Of a DNA stretch of 53,156 nt, positions 50,235 through 53,156 are shown piece by piece. Every line of letters starts with the position of its first letter. Within the stretch, counting starts at the first letter, position 1. The position numbers and the translations under genes are program-made. The stretch is from Clostridia bacterium (GTDB lineage Bacteria; Bacillota; Clostridia; Oscillospirales; Acutalibacteraceae). The notes under the pieces were generated by a model. That model ran no database searches. It saw only the letters and a program-made list of their open reading frames with translations, and had not been told where the DNA came from. The stretch is from the NCBI GenBank assembly GCA_017427315.1, contig JAFRTA010000267.1, positions 1 through 53,156 of the forward strand, written 5' to 3'.

Positions 50235-53043
50235 GGGAATCGCGCGGGCGCTGGCGATCCTGATGGCGATCCTGTCGGCGTTTTCCGCCATGTACTGCGG
50301 ATTTTTCGCCTGCCGCGACGAGCTGCTGTACGATTTTGACAAGTCGCAAAACTACTATAACACCATGTTTTTCGAGAGCGCCGTGCAGAAGCGCATGGCG
50401 GAGATCCGCACCTACGCGCAGCAAAGCAACAAAAACGCCCTGACGATGACCGAAGAAGAGAAGGATGCCGTCTGCGCCGAGCTTCGCGACGCGCTGCTGG
50501 GGGTGAGCAGGGATCTCTATGCCCGTTATGCCGTCTACGGCTTCACGGAGGATATCTTTGAAGGCTGTACGGACGCGGACGACTATTTCCGGGCGTTCCA
50601 CGAGCGCAGACCCGAACTGCGGGATAAGCCGGATGAGGGTCTGTTTTATGAATTTGCGTATAACGCGGCGGACGAGATCTCGACGGAATCGCAGCGGCGG
50701 GCTTATGAGCTGATCGATTCGGGAGCGTACGAGTTCACGGCGGAGATCGGAGGCGACCGGTTCGCGCTTCCGGCGGTGCATATGCGGCATTACTACTCGA
50801 CGCGGGGCGGTGAAGACGTTGTGTCGACGTCCGTTCCGGTCACGGAGCCTGCCGACGGCGCGGAAGAGCCGACCGCGGCGGAAACGACGGCCGTCGCTCT
50901 TTCCGACGTTACGCAGCCGGAGGCCGTGCCGTCGACGCGTCCTCCCGCGGAAACAACCGCGGCTTATACGACGCCGACCTATGATTTCTATAAAGAATAC
51001 GATGAATATACCGGGCAGAACCAGTGGGATCCCGCCGAGGTTTATTCCGGGAGCCGTGAGATCGCCCGCTGGCTTGCGGACTGCTACGCGCTTCGCACGT
51101 TCCTGATCGGCGCGGTAAAGACCGTCGACCCGGAGAAGCTGGCGGCCGCGCAATTTACCGCGGAGCCGGGACCGTTCACATATCAGCCGTACAGAACGGA
51201 GGATCTCTTTGACGATTCCTTTGCCCAGTATCTTTATTACTATCCCGAGACCGGGGAATATATCACCAATATCGCCGAATATAAACAGAAAGGCGAAACG
51301 CCGATGTTTTCCTCCGCCGACGCGGAGAAAATAAGCGCGGCGGTCGCCGGACCGGCGGAAAAAGCCGAATGGCGGGTGATCGTGACGCCGGATCGGGCGG
51401 AGCATAACATCGGCAACGGCGCCGACGCGGATGATACCCTGCGGAAGGAAGCGCTGGGATATACGCGCATGAGCTACTGTCTTGAAGAAATGCAGGCTTC
51501 CGGCGGGGAGTTTTATATGTTTGCGTCCGACAAAGCGCGCGAGAGCGACGTCTTCTCCTATATCGAACGGGACTTCGAAAAGGCGAAGCTCAGACAGCCG
51601 TTTTTGATCGGCGGAGCCGCGATCGGCGCTTTCGTATTTTTGATATCGGCAGTATATATCCTGACGTTTGGAACAAAAGTTCCTGTCGGAATTGACAAGC
51701 TGTATAACGACTGGCATTTTCTGCTCAGCGGTGGGCTTGCAGCAGCCGCGTTTTACTGCGGCGCAGGGCTCCTGGTGCAGGTGATCGAGGCGTACGGCTT
51801 GTTGGGGAGCCGGTACCATACAGGCTTTATGCGTGAGCATACGTGGGATCTGACGGCGATGGAGCTGCTTACTCCCCCGCTGTTCGCCGTCGGCGCGCTG
51901 ATTCTGCTGGAATATCTCGCCTCTGTGATCCGCAGCGGCAGAAACGGGCGGCTGATCCGGCACTCTTTCTGGTTCGCTCTGCCCTGCTGGGCGATTGGAA
52001 AGGCGAGAACGCGCAGCAGAAGGATCCCTAAGTATTACAAAAAACAGTTCTTTGCCGTGCTGATCGTCGGCGTCGTGCTGATCTTCTCGCTGTGCATCGT
52101 TGAGATCGCTCTCAGCGACCGGTTTGAAAGCGGACCTTACGCGTTCGGCTGCCTGCTGGCTCTCGGGATCGCGATCGCCGTACTTGTGATCGTTCTGCGG
52201 CATATCCGCGGCATCGATGAAATCGCAGTAGCCGCCGAGCGGATCCGCAACGGCGACCTGACCGCGGAGATCGATCTTGCGAAGCTGCCGAAGCATCTGC
52301 GCTCGATGGCGGATTCCGTGCTGCGGAACCGGGACGGCATCAAGGCGGCGGTGGAAAAGAGCGTCAGAGACGAGCGCATGAAGACCGCGCTGATCACCAA
52401 CGTGTCGCACGATTTGAAAACGCCGCTGACTTCGATCATCACATATTCGGACCTGTTGTCAAAAAGAGAACTGTCCGATGAAGAGGCGGAGAAATACGTC
52501 GGCGTTATCAATGAAAAGGCGATCACGCTGAAACGGCTGATCGAGGACCTTGTGGAAGCGTCGAAAGCGTCCACCGGCAATATAAAGATCGAAAAAGTCA
52601 ATCTGAATATGTATGAGATCGCGCTGCAAACGGTGGGCGAATACGCGGACGAGCTGGAAAAGCGAGGCCTGGAGGTGGTGGTGAACGAGCCGCCGCAGGC
52701 GGTGATCGTTTCCGCCGACAGCCGGCAGACCTGGCGGATCATCGAAAACCTGCTGTCCAACGTGAAAAAATACGCGATGAAGGGGACAAGAGTCTATATC
52801 GACCTTCGGCGGCAGGGCGCGTTCGGTGTGTTCGAGATCAAGAACGTGTCGGAAACGCCGCTGAATATCCCGCCGGAGGAGCTGACCCAGCGGTTTGTGC
52901 GGGGCGACGCGTCGAGGACCACCGAGGGAAGCGGTCTGGGGCTTTCCATCGCGCGCAGCCTCTGCGAGCTGCAGGGCGGACGGTTTGAGATCGCCATCGA
53001 CGGAGATCTGTTTAAGGTCGACGTGGCACTGCCGGTAGTGTAA
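50209..53043 (+). CDS. Sensor histidine kinase with a very large N-terminal extracytoplasmic region and multiple TM helices
   Basis: H-box VSHDLKTPLTSI; N and G boxes (NLLSNVKKYA, GSGLGLSIARSL); 944 aa. Confidence 0.9.
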   Translation: MATKWKNYKGIARALAILMAILSAFSAMYCGFFACRDELLYDFDKSQNYYNTMFFESAVQKRMAEIRTYAQQSNKNALTMTEEEKDAVCAELRDALLGVSRDLYARYAVYGFTEDIFEGCTDADDYFRAFHERRPELRDKPDEGLFYEFAYNAADEISTESQRRAYELIDSGAYEFTAEIGGDRFALPAVHMRHYYSTRGGEDVVSTSVPVTEPADGAEEPTAAETTAVALSDVTQPEAVPSTRPPAETTAAYTTPTYDFYKEYDEYTGQNQWDPAEVYSGSREIARWLADCYALRTFLIGAVKTVDPEKLAAAQFTAEPGPFTYQPYRTEDLFDDSFAQYLYYYPETGEYITNIAEYKQKGETPMFSSADAEKISAAVAGPAEKAEWRVIVTPDRAEHNIGNGADADDTLRKEALGYTRMSYCLEEMQASGGEFYMFASDKARESDVFSYIERDFEKAKLRQPFLIGGAAIGAFVFLISAVYILTFGTKVPVGIDKLYNDWHFLLSGGLAAAAFYCGAGLLVQVIEAYGLLGSRYHTGFMREHTWDLTAMELLTPPLFAVGALILLEYLASVIRSGRNGRLIRHSFWFALPCWAIGKARTRSRRIPKYYKKQFFAVLIVGVVLIFSLCIVEIALSDRFESGPYAFGCLLALGIAIAVLVIVLRHIRGIDEIAVAAERIRNGDLTAEIDLAKLPKHLRSMADSVLRNRDGIKAAVEKSVRDERMKTALITNVSHDLKTPLTSIITYSDLLSKRELSDEEAEKYVGVINEKAITLKRLIEDLVEASKASTGNIKIEKVNLNMYEIALQTVGEYADELEKRGLEVVVNEPPQAVIVSADSRQTWRIIENLLSNVKKYAMKGTRVYIDLRRQGAFGVFEIKNVSETPLNIPPEELTQRFVRGDASRTTEGSGLGLSIARSLCELQGGRFEIAIDGDLFKVDVALPVV

Positions 53044-53156
53044 ATTCTGGTTTAACGGCGAAGCCGTTAAACCAGAATTTACAGACTCGAGACTCAAGAC
53101 CCGAGACCCAAGATACAGACTTAAAGTCTGTGCGACTTGGTAAAAACTGAGATAAC
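53038..53156 (+). repeat. Dispersed ~115-nt 3'-end element, copy B (starts at the kinase stop codon; runs to the window edge)
   Basis: 21-bp stem TGTAAATTCTGGTTTAACGGC-GAA-GCCGTTAAACCAGAATTTACA, with the stop codon TAA inside the stem. Then heptamers CGAGACT CAAGACC CGAGACC CAAGATA CAGACTT. Homologous to 14636-14755 (inverted). Confidence 0.85.

Overview
The backbone is GC-rich and looks like a Clostridia-type chromosome (my inference: Oscillospiraceae/Ruminococcaceae-like, because several secreted proteins carry dockerins). It comes from the partition/origin-proximal neighbourhood: mnmG-rsmG-noc-parA-parB-serS on the minus strand with three parS palindromes, plus secA, tadA, a GH13 amylase-family enzyme, a MATE pump and an OmpR/His-kinase pair. 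Two segments that look AT-richer by eye interrupt this backbone. (1) About 5.06-12.95 kb holds a 1924-aa surface protein with an animal-type C-type lectin domain. It is expressed from a consensus promoter that overlaps back-to-back with the promoter of a small XRE regulator. Next to it is an AlbA_2/Schlafen-like regulator gene with palindromic operators. (2) 21073-36608 is a ~15.5-kb integrative mobilizable element inserted in the 3' end of tRNA-Ala(CGC). It is bounded by a 16-bp direct repeat and encodes a large serine recombinase, mobC, a relaxase with a nested alternative-frame ORF, a frameshifted XRE regulator and two giant secreted cargo proteins. One cargo protein has Listeria-Bacteroides repeats, a dockerin and a YD tail. 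The other has a vWA-like domain, a papain-like Cys/His domain, a cohesin, a dockerin and YD-like repeats. To the right of the element lie scars: a 2 x 112-bp tandem repeat with inverted tRNA-tail-like segments, and a 5'-truncated MBOAT gene. A dispersed, structured ~115-nt 3'-end element occurs at least twice, and intergenic DNA also carries strict heptanucleotide tandem tracts. In the dispersed element the gene stop codon sits inside the stem and the upper stem covaries. No rRNA, CRISPR array or transposase was seen. Many long antisense or off-frame ORFs in the track are GC-rich shadow ORFs and are not annotated.
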